Source: an uncultured Gammaproteobacteria bacterium (GTDB taxonomy: Bacteria > Patescibacteriota > Patescibacteriia > S139-126). Taken from it: a DNA stretch of 64,000 nt. The stretch is taken from contig CAZBLW010000002.1 in assembly GCA_964493305.1 (NCBI GenBank), forward strand, positions 258,521 through 322,520, in the 5' to 3' direction. Each line of letters starts with the position of its first letter. The stretch's first letter is position 1. Position numbers and translations under genes: made by a program. Shown in pieces: positions 38,798 through 47,177 of this stretch. Under the pieces are notes generated by a model. It was not told the DNA's origin, searched no databases, and worked only from the letters and a program-made list of their open reading frames with translations.

Positions 38798-40186
38798 ATG
38801 AAACTAACATTTTACGGAGCAGCCAAAGAAGTTACCGGGTCCAAACACTTATTGGAAGTAAAAGGAAAAAAAATACTACTGGATTGTGGTATGTTTCAAG
38901 GACACCGTAAAGAAGCGGAAAAGAAAAATAGAGAGTTACCTTTTCGGGCGGCAGAAATTGATGCTGTAATTTTGTCGCACGCTCATTTAGATCACTGTGG
39001 TAGCTTACCAACTATGTGGTCGCAAGGTTTTCGAGGAAAAGTGTATTGTACACCAGCTACCAGAGATGTGACTGAGTTGATATTGCTTGATAGTGCTCAT
39101 GTCCAGGAATCAGACAATACTCATATCGCTCAAGTAAAAAATCAAATTGAACCAGAATTGCCACTTTATACCGAGAAGGAAGTTTATGCGGTTTTACAAC
39201 AATTTGTCACCGTACCTTATCACCAAGAGTTTACTTTGTTTAATAATGTCAAAGCAAAATTTAGCGATGCCGGTCATATTTTAGGATCAGCCCAAATTGA
39301 ACTGACTGTCAAAGATTTATGGCGACAAGTAAAAATTGGTTTTACCGGTGATCTAGGTAGATATCAGATGCCTATTTTAAAAGATCCTGAACAGATGCAG
39401 GATTTGGATATTTTAATAACCGAATCAACTTATGGCAATAGAACCCACGAAAGTTTTATTGAGGCTAAGAGAATTATAAAAAAATATATACTGACCGCGG
39501 TCGAACGTCAAGCCAAAATTGTTGTACCATCTTTTGCCTTGGGTCGTACTCAAGAGCTGGTCTATTTGTTACACGAGCTAACCGACGCTGGTGAAATACC
39601 CAGATTTCCTATTTATGTTGATTCGCCTTTAGCGATAAATTTAACCAATATATTTAAAAACCATCCGGAGTGTTTTGACAAGGAAACTTTTTTGACCTTT
39701 AGCGCCAGTGACAACCCGTTTGGTTTTAGAAATTTGACCTATACCTATACTACCGCTGATTCGATTGCCCTCAACAACAAACCAGGGCCTATGATGATTA
39801 TCTCTGCAGCTGGTATGTGTGAAGGTGGGCGTATTAGACATCATTTGAAAAATACCTTAGAAAATCGTAATAACATGATTTTGGTTACTGGTTTTATGGC
39901 CAAACACACCTTGGGTAGAAAAATTGTTGAGCAAGAACCAATGATAAAAATATTTGATAATATGTACCGTCTGCAAGCCCAAGTAGTAGTAGTCAATGCC
40001 CTGTCTGCACACGCTGATTCAGTTGATTTGCTCAATTATGTTGAAAGGGTGGGAGAGCGTTTGCAAAAGGTTTTTATTGTTCACGGCGAAGAGACACAAA
40101 GCGCGGTTTTTCAAGGAAGAATCAAAGAGAGATTTCAGTCACTGCAGGCAATTATCCCAGATTTTGCGCAATCATTTAAAATATAA
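38798..40186 (+). CDS. metallo-beta-lactamase / beta-CASP family ribonuclease (RNase J-like)
   Basis: HAHLDHCGSLP (HxHxDH motif 2), preceded by a D-C-G block, with downstream beta-CASP-like Asp/His motifs. 462 aa. Confidence 0.75.
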   Translation: MKLTFYGAAKEVTGSKHLLEVKGKKILLDCGMFQGHRKEAEKKNRELPFRAAEIDAVILSHAHLDHCGSLPTMWSQGFRGKVYCTPATRDVTELILLDSAHVQESDNTHIAQVKNQIEPELPLYTEKEVYAVLQQFVTVPYHQEFTLFNNVKAKFSDAGHILGSAQIELTVKDLWRQVKIGFTGDLGRYQMPILKDPEQMQDLDILITESTYGNRTHESFIEAKRIIKKYILTAVERQAKIVVPSFALGRTQELVYLLHELTDAGEIPRFPIYVDSPLAINLTNIFKNHPECFDKETFLTFSASDNPFGFRNLTYTYTTADSIALNNKPGPMMIISAAGMCEGGRIRHHLKNTLENRNNMILVTGFMAKHTLGRKIVEQEPMIKIFDNMYRLQAQVVVVNALSAHADSVDLLNYVERVGERLQKVFIVHGEETQSAVFQGRIKERFQSLQAIIPDFAQSFKI

Positions 40187-40207
40187 AAGCTCACCGTATG
40201 GGGTGAG

Positions 40208-40498
40208 CTAAAGGTAATCTGCTTGTAGTTCTTCTTTGATTTTTTGGATAATTTCCTTGAGAGTATATAATTTCATTTTAAAGAAAAGACTGGCTAAAGT
40301 TATTAGTATTAGGCAAATAATTATTTGCGAGACAATATTGGGATGAGGTTTTATTTGAATAATAACAATAGCGCTAATAGCAGCAAAGAAGGTAATGACT
40401 GATAAGGTCGCAAAAAAATAGTATCTCATAGTTATCCATTTTGTTATTGAATTTTTAAAGTAGATATATATTATAAGGAGGGTTTGTCCTTTTGTCAA
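40208..40498 (-). CDS. small two-TM membrane protein, hypothetical
   Basis: 96-aa ORF with hydrophobic helices (FFATLSVITFFAAISAIVII; IIICLILITLASLFF). Confidence 0.4.
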   Translation of the reverse strand: MTKGQTLLIIYIYFKNSITKWITMRYYFFATLSVITFFAAISAIVIIQIKPHPNIVSQIIICLILITLASLFFKMKLYTLKEIIQKIKEELQADYL

Positions 40499-40707
40499 TA
40501 GAAATTTTATCCAGGACGGGTTATTGAGAAAAAAATCAGATAATTATTTATTATCGTGATCTCAAATTTATGGTTAAACGGGTTATTTTGGATCCTCCGC
40601 GTAGAACCGCAAACGCCTTAGATGCGTTTTCTCAACCAAGATAATTGATCGTTTTTTGGGGTTGAGATACCCCTGCCAACTGTCCTGATAATTTTTAAAT
40701 TAATTCT

Positions 40708-40734
40708 AAAACCACTCTAAAAGAGTGGTTTTTT
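40708..40734. terminator. palindromic intrinsic terminator adjacent to the tRNA
   Basis: aaaccactctaaaagagtggtttttt. Confidence 0.55.
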
Positions 40735-40753
40735 ATTGAGCAAAAATTTAATC

Positions 40754-40830
40754 TGGTCGGGGTGAGAGGACTTGAACCTCCGACCTCGTCGTCCCGAACG
40801 ACGCGCGCTAGCCAACTGCGCTACACCCCG
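40754..40830 (-). tRNA. tRNA-Pro (anticodon CGG), with encoded CCA
   Basis: Reverse complement CGGGGTG-TA-GCGC-AGTTGGCTA-GCGC-G-CGTCG-TTCGGGA-CGACG-AGGTC-GGAGG-TTCAAGT-CCTCT-CACCCCG-ACCA. Cloverleaf with a 7-bp acceptor, T-loop TTCAAGT, anticodon loop uuCGGga with G37. Confidence 0.85.
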
Positions 40831-40912
40831 TTGATTTTTAAAAATATTTTAATCCGCACTAGCCAGCCCCGGGCCTATGGTCCCCGGGCCTAATGGCCCG
40901 TTAGGGCCAGGC

Positions 40913-40927
40913 CTGCGCTACACCCCG
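40913..40927 (-). repeat. 15-nt duplicate of the tRNA-Pro 5' end (ctgcgctacaccccg), preceded by GC-rich hairpins (40853-40912)
   Basis: Exact 15-mer match to 40816-40830. The adjacent ccccgggcctatgg / ccccgggcctaatgg / ggcccgttagggcc form stems. It does not fold into a complete tRNA. Confidence 0.5.
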
Positions 40928-41046
40928 ATTAGACAATTATAAATTGTAAATTATAAATTGTAAATTATTAATTTATTTTAATTCTTAATTTATGATACTT
41001 TATTCCAATTTAGCCTTTCTTTTTTGTCAAATTTATGGTATAATAT

Positions 41047-41574
41047 TTGTATATGAAAAAACTTTTTTGGGGAAAGAAAATAAAAGTCTTAAGTGAAAAA
41101 TATGAAGGCTTACGTTTTAGTTTATATATAGCCAGTTTTTTGCTGGTGATATTTTTATTGGTGGAAATGGTATTGTTGTTATATTGGTCAATGTTGTCAT
41201 TTTATTCTCCAGGAGAATTGGAAAAATCAGCCAATTTTCAATCAGCCCCAGTAACCATGACCAATAGTCCGCAAAGATTGAAAATAAATTATTTAACCCA
41301 AATTGAAACTTTGACCAACAATTTAAATCAAGCTGATTTGGATATCTCTAATTATCAAACAATCAAAGCTGATTTGTTAGAAATTTATGTGCCTAAAGAA
41401 TATTTAGATTGGCATTTTCGATTGGTAGTCGCAGTTGATAAGATTCTTGAGTTTATGATTTTACAATCATCTTCTCCCAGTTTGGAACACGAACAATTGG
41501 TATCCAGTCAAGCAGCTTATATTAGTCAATATTTAACTACTATCAATCATGTCACTAGCGGCACTAATGAATAG
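41047..41574 (+). CDS. hypothetical membrane-anchored protein
   Basis: 175 aa with an N-terminal TM (LYIASFLLVIFLLVEMVLLLYW). Confidence 0.45.
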   Translation: MYMKKLFWGKKIKVLSEKYEGLRFSLYIASFLLVIFLLVEMVLLLYWSMLSFYSPGELEKSANFQSAPVTMTNSPQRLKINYLTQIETLTNNLNQADLDISNYQTIKADLLEIYVPKEYLDWHFRLVVAVDKILEFMILQSSSPSLEHEQLVSSQAAYISQYLTTINHVTSGTNE

Positions 41575-42337
41575 TAAAATCATTTCTCAGGTCACTATAG
41601 TTGTCTATTTATTGTGTTTGGCAGCTTTTGGTTGGTGGGCTTCAAGTTATCCGCAGTGGTTACTGCCGGTTGCCTTGGTTTTGTTTTTGGGATTGATACT
41701 GCTTATTAAATTTATTGTTGTTTTATCCTGGCGCGATGTAAATTTTTATAAACAGTTGGTTGCCCCAGGATTTTTTTTGCTGGGATCTATTTTATTTTAT
41801 GTATTTTTCAACACGCTAGTTTTGCAAAAGATATTTTGGATACTAGTCTGTTTAGCTTTGTATTTTTATTTGTATAATTTGTGGCTTTTTTATCGCAATC
41901 CCGCCAATTATCAAGCTTTTACTTTGGAAAATTTTTCTTGGTATTTACACTTGGCTGGCGGTTGGTTTATGGTCAGTTCTATTTATGGATTGATTATATT
42001 TATTGATTTCAAATTATATTATGCCTTACCTCTGCTTTTAGGCTATGTTAGTTTGGTTTTTTGGCAGATGTGGTGGATTCAGAAGTTAGAGCACCGATTT
42101 AAATGGTGGTGGTATGTTACTTTATTGATGGTTTGTTTTCAAGCATTTGTTACTTTGTTGCTACTGCCTTTGAGTTTTTATTTATTGGGTTTTTGGTGGA
42201 TAGTAATTTGGTATCTAGCTACTACTTTTATCTTTCAGAACATCAAGGAAACTTTTATTTGGAAAAAATATCTATCTACCGCTGGGATTATTTTACTGGT
42301 GGCGATTGGACTTACCTTTAGTGCAAAAATATTTTGA
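41549..42337 (+). CDS. polytopic integral membrane protein, hypothetical
   Basis: 262 aa with 7-8 hydrophobic helices. Overlaps the previous gene by 26 nt. Confidence 0.5.
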   Translation: MSLAALMNSKIISQVTIVVYLLCLAAFGWWASSYPQWLLPVALVLFLGLILLIKFIVVLSWRDVNFYKQLVAPGFFLLGSILFYVFFNTLVLQKIFWILVCLALYFYLYNLWLFYRNPANYQAFTLENFSWYLHLAGGWFMVSSIYGLIIFIDFKLYYALPLLLGYVSLVFWQMWWIQKLEHRFKWWWYVTLLMVCFQAFVTLLLLPLSFYLLGFWWIVIWYLATTFIFQNIKETFIWKKYLSTAGIILLVAIGLTFSAKIF

Positions 42338-42353
42338 TTATTAATTTTTATAT

Positions 42354-43649
42354 ATGGCCAAAAATAAAACTACCAACGAAACTGAAACAATCGGTCAAAC
42401 CACGACCGAAGGTATTGAAGATTTTTATGAAAAAGAACCCACTGTATTTAAGCGTCCTTTGTTGGAACATTTAGGATTTATTCGGGTTTATTATTTTTTA
42501 GTTTGTTTGATCGTTGGTATAGCTGGTGGTATTTTAGGTGAATTATTTGTCAACAATTATTTTTCCTCACAGGGACTGACATTGACTGCTTTGTGGCAAC
42601 CAGCTAGTGAAATCAGCAACAATGACAAACAACAAGTAATAATCTTGCGAACCAATGAAATCAATCAACCCGAATCAACTGCCATAGGTAGTTTGGTGGA
42701 AGCGGCTGGAGCTAGTGTGGTAGGTATTTTTCCCAAAAAAGAAACCAATGAAACTATTTGGGATACAATTTATTTACCCCAAGAACAACTTGGCAATGGT
42801 TTAATTTTGACAGCCGACGGTTGGATAGTAACCTCCAATCAAGTGGTAAATACTGATAGCAAAGATTTGGTGGTGGTGATGTCAGATAAATCTATCGCTG
42901 ATGTGGAATCAATAGTAACTGATCCAGCCTCGGGCGCGGTTTTTATCAAAGCCAAAGCTCAAGGTTTAAAAGTAGTTAAATTTGGCACCAACCAAATCTG
43001 GTCTCCGGGCGAGCAATTATTGGTACTGGCTAACTCTGTTACCAATGGCGGATATAAAACAATTTTGACCAATTTAGAAAAGCTTAATTATCAATCCTTA
43101 ACCAAAGGTCAAGATCTTTTGCAAAATACCGAAAGTTATAAAAAACGTATATTATTGAAAGACAGTTTAAGCAAAGAATTTTTTGGTAGTCCAGCAGTGA
43201 ATCTCAAAGGTGAGATTATCGGTATCTTATATGGTGGCGCTGATGGCAATATTTTGTTGCCCGAAAGTTATTTTTCTCAAGCCATGAAAAGTTTATTAGC
43301 CAACGGTCAGGTGGACAGACCTTATTTGGGAGTCAATTATCTGGATTTGGCTCACGTGGTGGGACTTGATAGTGCTATTAGTGAGGGGAGACAGTTTGGG
43401 GCGGTGCTTTATGGTGAAAAAGGAACTCTACCAGCAGTAATAGCTTCTAGCCCAGCAGCCAAAGCAGGGCTTAAGGCTGGTGATATAATCATCAAAGTAA
43501 ACAACGAACCAATCGATGCCAATCACTCACTGACTGAATTAATTCAACAATACAAAGTAGGGGATGTAGTAAAATTGACTGTTGTATTTCAGGGAACAGA
43601 AAGAGAGGTTGAAGCTGCTTTGGAAACCAAGCCAGCAGTCAAAGAATAG
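42354..43649 (+). CDS. HtrA/DegP-like PDZ-domain protein with N-terminal TM. The trypsin-like domain appears to lack the catalytic His (and possibly Asp), so it may be a pseudoprotease.
   Basis: ILTADGWIVTSNQVV aligns to DegP ..YVVTNNHVV with H replaced by Q. FFGSPAVNLKGEIIGI aligns to GNSGGPLVNLNGEVIGI. C-terminal PDZ: LGVNYLDL...AAKAGLKAGDIIIKVNNEPI. Confidence 0.65.
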   Translation: MAKNKTTNETETIGQTTTEGIEDFYEKEPTVFKRPLLEHLGFIRVYYFLVCLIVGIAGGILGELFVNNYFSSQGLTLTALWQPASEISNNDKQQVIILRTNEINQPESTAIGSLVEAAGASVVGIFPKKETNETIWDTIYLPQEQLGNGLILTADGWIVTSNQVVNTDSKDLVVVMSDKSIADVESIVTDPASGAVFIKAKAQGLKVVKFGTNQIWSPGEQLLVLANSVTNGGYKTILTNLEKLNYQSLTKGQDLLQNTESYKKRILLKDSLSKEFFGSPAVNLKGEIIGILYGGADGNILLPESYFSQAMKSLLANGQVDRPYLGVNYLDLAHVVGLDSAISEGRQFGAVLYGEKGTLPAVIASSPAAKAGLKAGDIIIKVNNEPIDANHSLTELIQQYKVGDVVKLTVVFQGTEREVEAALETKPAVKE

Positions 43650-43677
43650 AATTTAAAATCTATAGTCTTCAAAATAT

Positions 43678-43706
43678 AAAACCTCGGCATTTGCCGAGGT
43701 TTTTTA
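43678..43706 (+). terminator. rho-independent terminator
   Basis: aaacctcggcatttgccgaggtttttt. Confidence 0.75.
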
Positions 43707-43846
43707 GGGGATAGATTTGAGTAAGAAATAGGAAAGAATAATTACCAATTATTAATAACTAATTACTAAGCAATGATTAAATTTAAAAATTATCTAATTA
43801 GTAATTCATTAGTTATTAGTAATTAGAAATTAGTAATTAAAATATT

Positions 43847-43913
43847 TGTCATTCCGTGCTTGACACGGAATCTAAAAAATAAAAATGGATTCCTGCTTTC
43901 GCAGGAATGACAA
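43847..43913. repeat. MITE-like element, full copy
   Basis: tgtcattccgtgcttgacacggaatctaaaaaataaaaatggattcctgctttcgcaggaatgacaa. Confidence 0.7.
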
Positions 43914-44006
43914 TGATAAAAATTTAAAAATTTAGATTTATTTACAAATTTAAAAAATTTAAAATTGATTAGTTATTAGTAATTAGTCATTAGTAATTAA
44001 AACAGT

Positions 44007-44040
44007 TGTCATTCCTGATTTAGTCAGGAATCCAGAAACA
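44007..44040. repeat. MITE half-element
   Basis: tgtcattcctgatttagtcaggaatccagaaaca. Confidence 0.6.
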
Positions 44041-44051
44041 AAAATAAAAAT

Positions 44052-44250
44052 TTTATCTCTACTTTTTTGTTAACCTGCCTCGTCGGCAAGGCGGGCAAAA
44101 AAGTAACAAAAAATTGCGGCCAGTGCTTTGGTTCAGGCAAAATTGCCAATTCGCTCGTGTGTCTCTCAAAATCGCTAAACGCTTGAGTTGAGAGACTAAA
44201 TTCACTCGCTCCTTGGCAATATTTGCACTTCACAAATCAAATGGCCGAAT
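44052..44250. ncRNA. candidate structured RNA / conserved structured element, copy B
   Basis: Outer stem CGGCC...GGCCG. Inner stem gtctctcaa...ttgagagac, compensatory to copy A. The same aattgccaa...ttggcaat stem. Confidence 0.35.
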
Positions 44251-44359
44251 AAAAATAATAAGTTTTGAATTTAAATATTTGAATTTAGATATTATTTAGT
44301 ATTTAGTGCTTCGAATTTATAATTTCTTACATCTAGATTCAATATTCAAACTTCTAAAT

Positions 44360-44647
44360 TCAAGATTCACTTTCTTTTTCCACCAGCTCTTGGGAGGGGG
44401 AATATTTACGATTACGAATTTTCCACAAGTCAGAATACTGTCCCAGACCCTGTGTATAAAATTGGTTTTTACGACGGGTGCTTTTTTGCGACCATTCGAG
44501 AACTGAGGAAAAGTTTAATTTATATCTTCCTCTTACCACAATATATTTTATCTCTTGGTTTTTAATTGCCTGGCGGATGGTCTTACCGCTTACCCCAAAG
44601 AGGTGAGAAGCTTGGGTAATTGAAATACGAATAATTTTTTCTGTCAT
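44360..44647 (-). CDS. small helix-turn-helix DNA-binding protein (excisionase/MerR-like HTH)
   Basis: ITQASHLFGVSGKTIRQAIKNQEIKYIVVRGRYKL is the classic HTH_17/Xis-like arrangement. 95 aa. Confidence 0.5.
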   Translation of the reverse strand: MTEKIIRISITQASHLFGVSGKTIRQAIKNQEIKYIVVRGRYKLNFSSVLEWSQKSTRRKNQFYTQGLGQYSDLWKIRNRKYSPSQELVEKESES

Positions 44648-45030
44648 ATAAGTTATAGAATATTCTATACTTTATTGTATATTTTATACTTATTTTAGTC
44701 AAGATTTGTTACTTTTTTTTATAAAATTCGTATTTATGGTTAGGAGCGTTTAATATTTAAATCCCGTATTCTAAACATTATTTAATTTAATAATTAAATA
44801 ATTACTAATTCATTAGTAATTAATCATTAGTAATTAGTTATTATTCAGGGGCTATTTACATTTCCCAAACTATTAGCTAGTATAAGTTTATGCTAAATTT
44901 AGACTAATTTTCCCGAAAATTTATATAGTTTGTAGGGTTAATTAGTTTTTTTTATGGTTAATTTTATTTATTACTTGTAAATATTAAGCTTATTTAGTGT
45001 AATATATATTCCTTTTCTTCGTCTTATTAT

Positions 45031-45594
45031 ATGAACGCATTTAAAAAAATAAGAGAATCACTACTGCTGGAGCGGTTAAAAAACGGCGATCAAGACGCTT
45101 TTTCTCAAGTGTATGACCAGTATGTAGATCATATTTATCGTTATATTTTTTTCAAGGTTTCTGACCAGCATTTAGCCGAAGATCTGACCAGTAATACTTT
45201 TTTGAAATGTTGGGAGTATATCAGAGATGAGCAAAAAATGATTGATAATATCCGGGCATTTTTGTATCGAGTCGCTCGCAATTTAGTGATTGACCACTAT
45301 CGTACTAGGACGGATACTACTGATTTGACAACCGTAGCGGGACTGGATGATCAACAATTGCCCTTGCCGGATGAACTGATATCAATTAGTCAGGATAGCA
45401 AAATATTGATTAAAGATTTGGCCAAGCTACCTGATGATTACAACGATATTATTACCTTGCGTTATATTGAAGAATATTCAGTCAAAGAAATATCTAACCT
45501 TTTGGGTAAAACCGAAAACAATGTTCGTGTAACCTTGCACCGAGCCATACAAGCTTTGAAAAATAAAACCAATCTACCAACTGATAAAAAATAA
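45031..45594 (+). CDS. RNA polymerase sigma-70 family (ECF-type) sigma factor
   Basis: Region 2 (FLKCWEYIRDE, YRVARNLVIDHYR) and region 4 HTH (YIEEYSVKEISNLLGKTENNVRVTLHRAIQALK). 187 aa. Confidence 0.8.
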   Translation: MNAFKKIRESLLLERLKNGDQDAFSQVYDQYVDHIYRYIFFKVSDQHLAEDLTSNTFLKCWEYIRDEQKMIDNIRAFLYRVARNLVIDHYRTRTDTTDLTTVAGLDDQQLPLPDELISISQDSKILIKDLAKLPDDYNDIITLRYIEEYSVKEISNLLGKTENNVRVTLHRAIQALKNKTNLPTDKK

Positions 45595-46598
45595 TGGACC
45601 AATTGAAAAACAATTTAAAGAGCTTACAACAGATTAAAATGGACCAACGAGCCAAAGATTTGGGTCGGGAAGTTTTGCTTAGTAGCTTACCAAAAGAAAC
45701 TCAATCATATTCTTCTTTTCGGTATTTTGTATCTCATCCTTTAGTATTGAAACCGCTTACCTATATAGTAGCGGTAGTTTTGGTAATGTTGGCTGGTTCT
45801 TCTTATACTTTTTCAGCAACCCTGTCGGCTCTGCCTGGCAATGCTTTTTATCCGGTGAAATTGCAACTAGAAAAGTTGCAAGTTACTATGAGTGCTGATC
45901 AATTATCCAAGACCAAAAAACAGATTGAATATACTGACAGAAGATGGCAAGAATTTCAAACTGTGTCTGAGTTGGCAACTGACAATATGGATAAACCGGA
46001 ACAAGTAGCTCGTGCCGCTAGGCATTTCAATGAATCTTTGCAGGTTATAAAAAATAGTTTAAACGAGGTTAATAATCAAGAGCAAGTTGTCAGTGAGCAA
46101 GCAATCGATATTGCTAAAATGGTCAATGATAAAACCAGTCAGTATGAACAAAAGCTAGCTGGTGAGTATGTTGATTTACCCACCTCGGTTAAATCAGTGA
46201 TAGCCCAAGAAGTTGAGGAAATAAAGTTTCAGTCATTGGAGATGCTAGTAGCTAAATACGTGCAAGGTAGTGGTGGTATTTCTCAAGAGGTTTTAGAGAC
46301 TCAGTTGCAAAATAAATTAATGTCCTTGGTAGAAAAAGCTAGTGCTATGTCTGACGAGCAACAAAAGTTGGCCTTGGTACAACTAGATAAAATACAGGAA
46401 GCATTTGAAAATAAAAAATATTCTGAAGTTGTAGGTTTGATAAAAAATTACGAACAATGGTTAGCTGAGGAAAAAGCCAAAGCTGAAGCTGAAATTGAAG
46501 ATTCCAGTAGCACAGGTGAAGTTTTGGGCGAAGAAGAAGTGGTAGAGTCAGTAACTGATGTTAGTAACAATACTTCCACGGAGAAAACAATTGAGTAA
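45594..46598 (+). CDS. putative anti-sigma factor: single-TM protein with a coiled-coil extracytoplasmic domain, translationally coupled to the sigma factor
   Basis: The start codon overlaps the sigma-factor stop (taATGg). TM LTYIVAVVLVMLAG. Gene order is typical of ECF sigma / anti-sigma pairs. Confidence 0.5.
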   Translation: MDQLKNNLKSLQQIKMDQRAKDLGREVLLSSLPKETQSYSSFRYFVSHPLVLKPLTYIVAVVLVMLAGSSYTFSATLSALPGNAFYPVKLQLEKLQVTMSADQLSKTKKQIEYTDRRWQEFQTVSELATDNMDKPEQVARAARHFNESLQVIKNSLNEVNNQEQVVSEQAIDIAKMVNDKTSQYEQKLAGEYVDLPTSVKSVIAQEVEEIKFQSLEMLVAKYVQGSGGISQEVLETQLQNKLMSLVEKASAMSDEQQKLALVQLDKIQEAFENKKYSEVVGLIKNYEQWLAEEKAKAEAEIEDSSSTGEVLGEEEVVESVTDVSNNTSTEKTIE

Positions 46599-46730
46599 AA
46601 TTATAAATTATCAATTTTAAATTATAAATAAATTATAAATTTAAAATTAAAAAATTCATTAAAAATTTACAATTTATAATTTAAAATTACTTTCCCTGGT
46701 ATTCTGAAAATAGTATTTAAAAAAATGTAT

Positions 46731-46795
46731 TGTCATTCCCGCGTAGGCGGGAATCCAGAAACAAAAATAGATTCCTGCTTTCGCAGGAATGACAA
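46731..46795. repeat. MITE-like element, full copy
   Basis: tgtcattcccgcgtaggcgggaatccagaaacaaaaatagattcctgctttcgcaggaatgacaa. Confidence 0.7.
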
Positions 46796-47177
46796 GAATA
46801 AATGTTTAAAAATTTTAAATGTTTGAAATTTGTAGATTTAAGTCTACAGCTTTCAGACTTTTAAAGTCTGTGTCCCGCGCACGCGGGATAAAGTAGATCT
46901 TTGTTAGAACTTTGAATCATTTGGCCCTTCGTGTTATTTCACGTTTGGGGACTTTGGCGGAAGTGAACAAGCAGACGATTCCAGGTCAGCCTAGAAATAG
47001 GCTAGACAGGCTGCTTGTTCTAGACGGGTAGCCAGCGGAAAAATTTGTTTAGTTCGCTTGCACACCGCTTTTTGTCAAAGGTCGGACCGGCGTTATTGGT
47101 AACCAAGACCAGCCAGTTGGTTCTTTCGTTGCAATGAGTTCTAGCAAGACCTAATTATTAAAAAACACAAACACTGT

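Noticed and set aside
40831-40930. Second tRNA gene next to tRNA-Pro
   Set aside because: Only the first 15 nt match a tRNA. The D-arm cannot close and there is no T-arm or CCA. It is treated as a fragment or structured repeat instead.
44024-44233. 69-aa minus-strand ORF
   Set aside because: It coincides with the two-copy structured element. The paralogous copy at 14466-14650 does not preserve this reading frame, so conservation is at the RNA/DNA-structure level.
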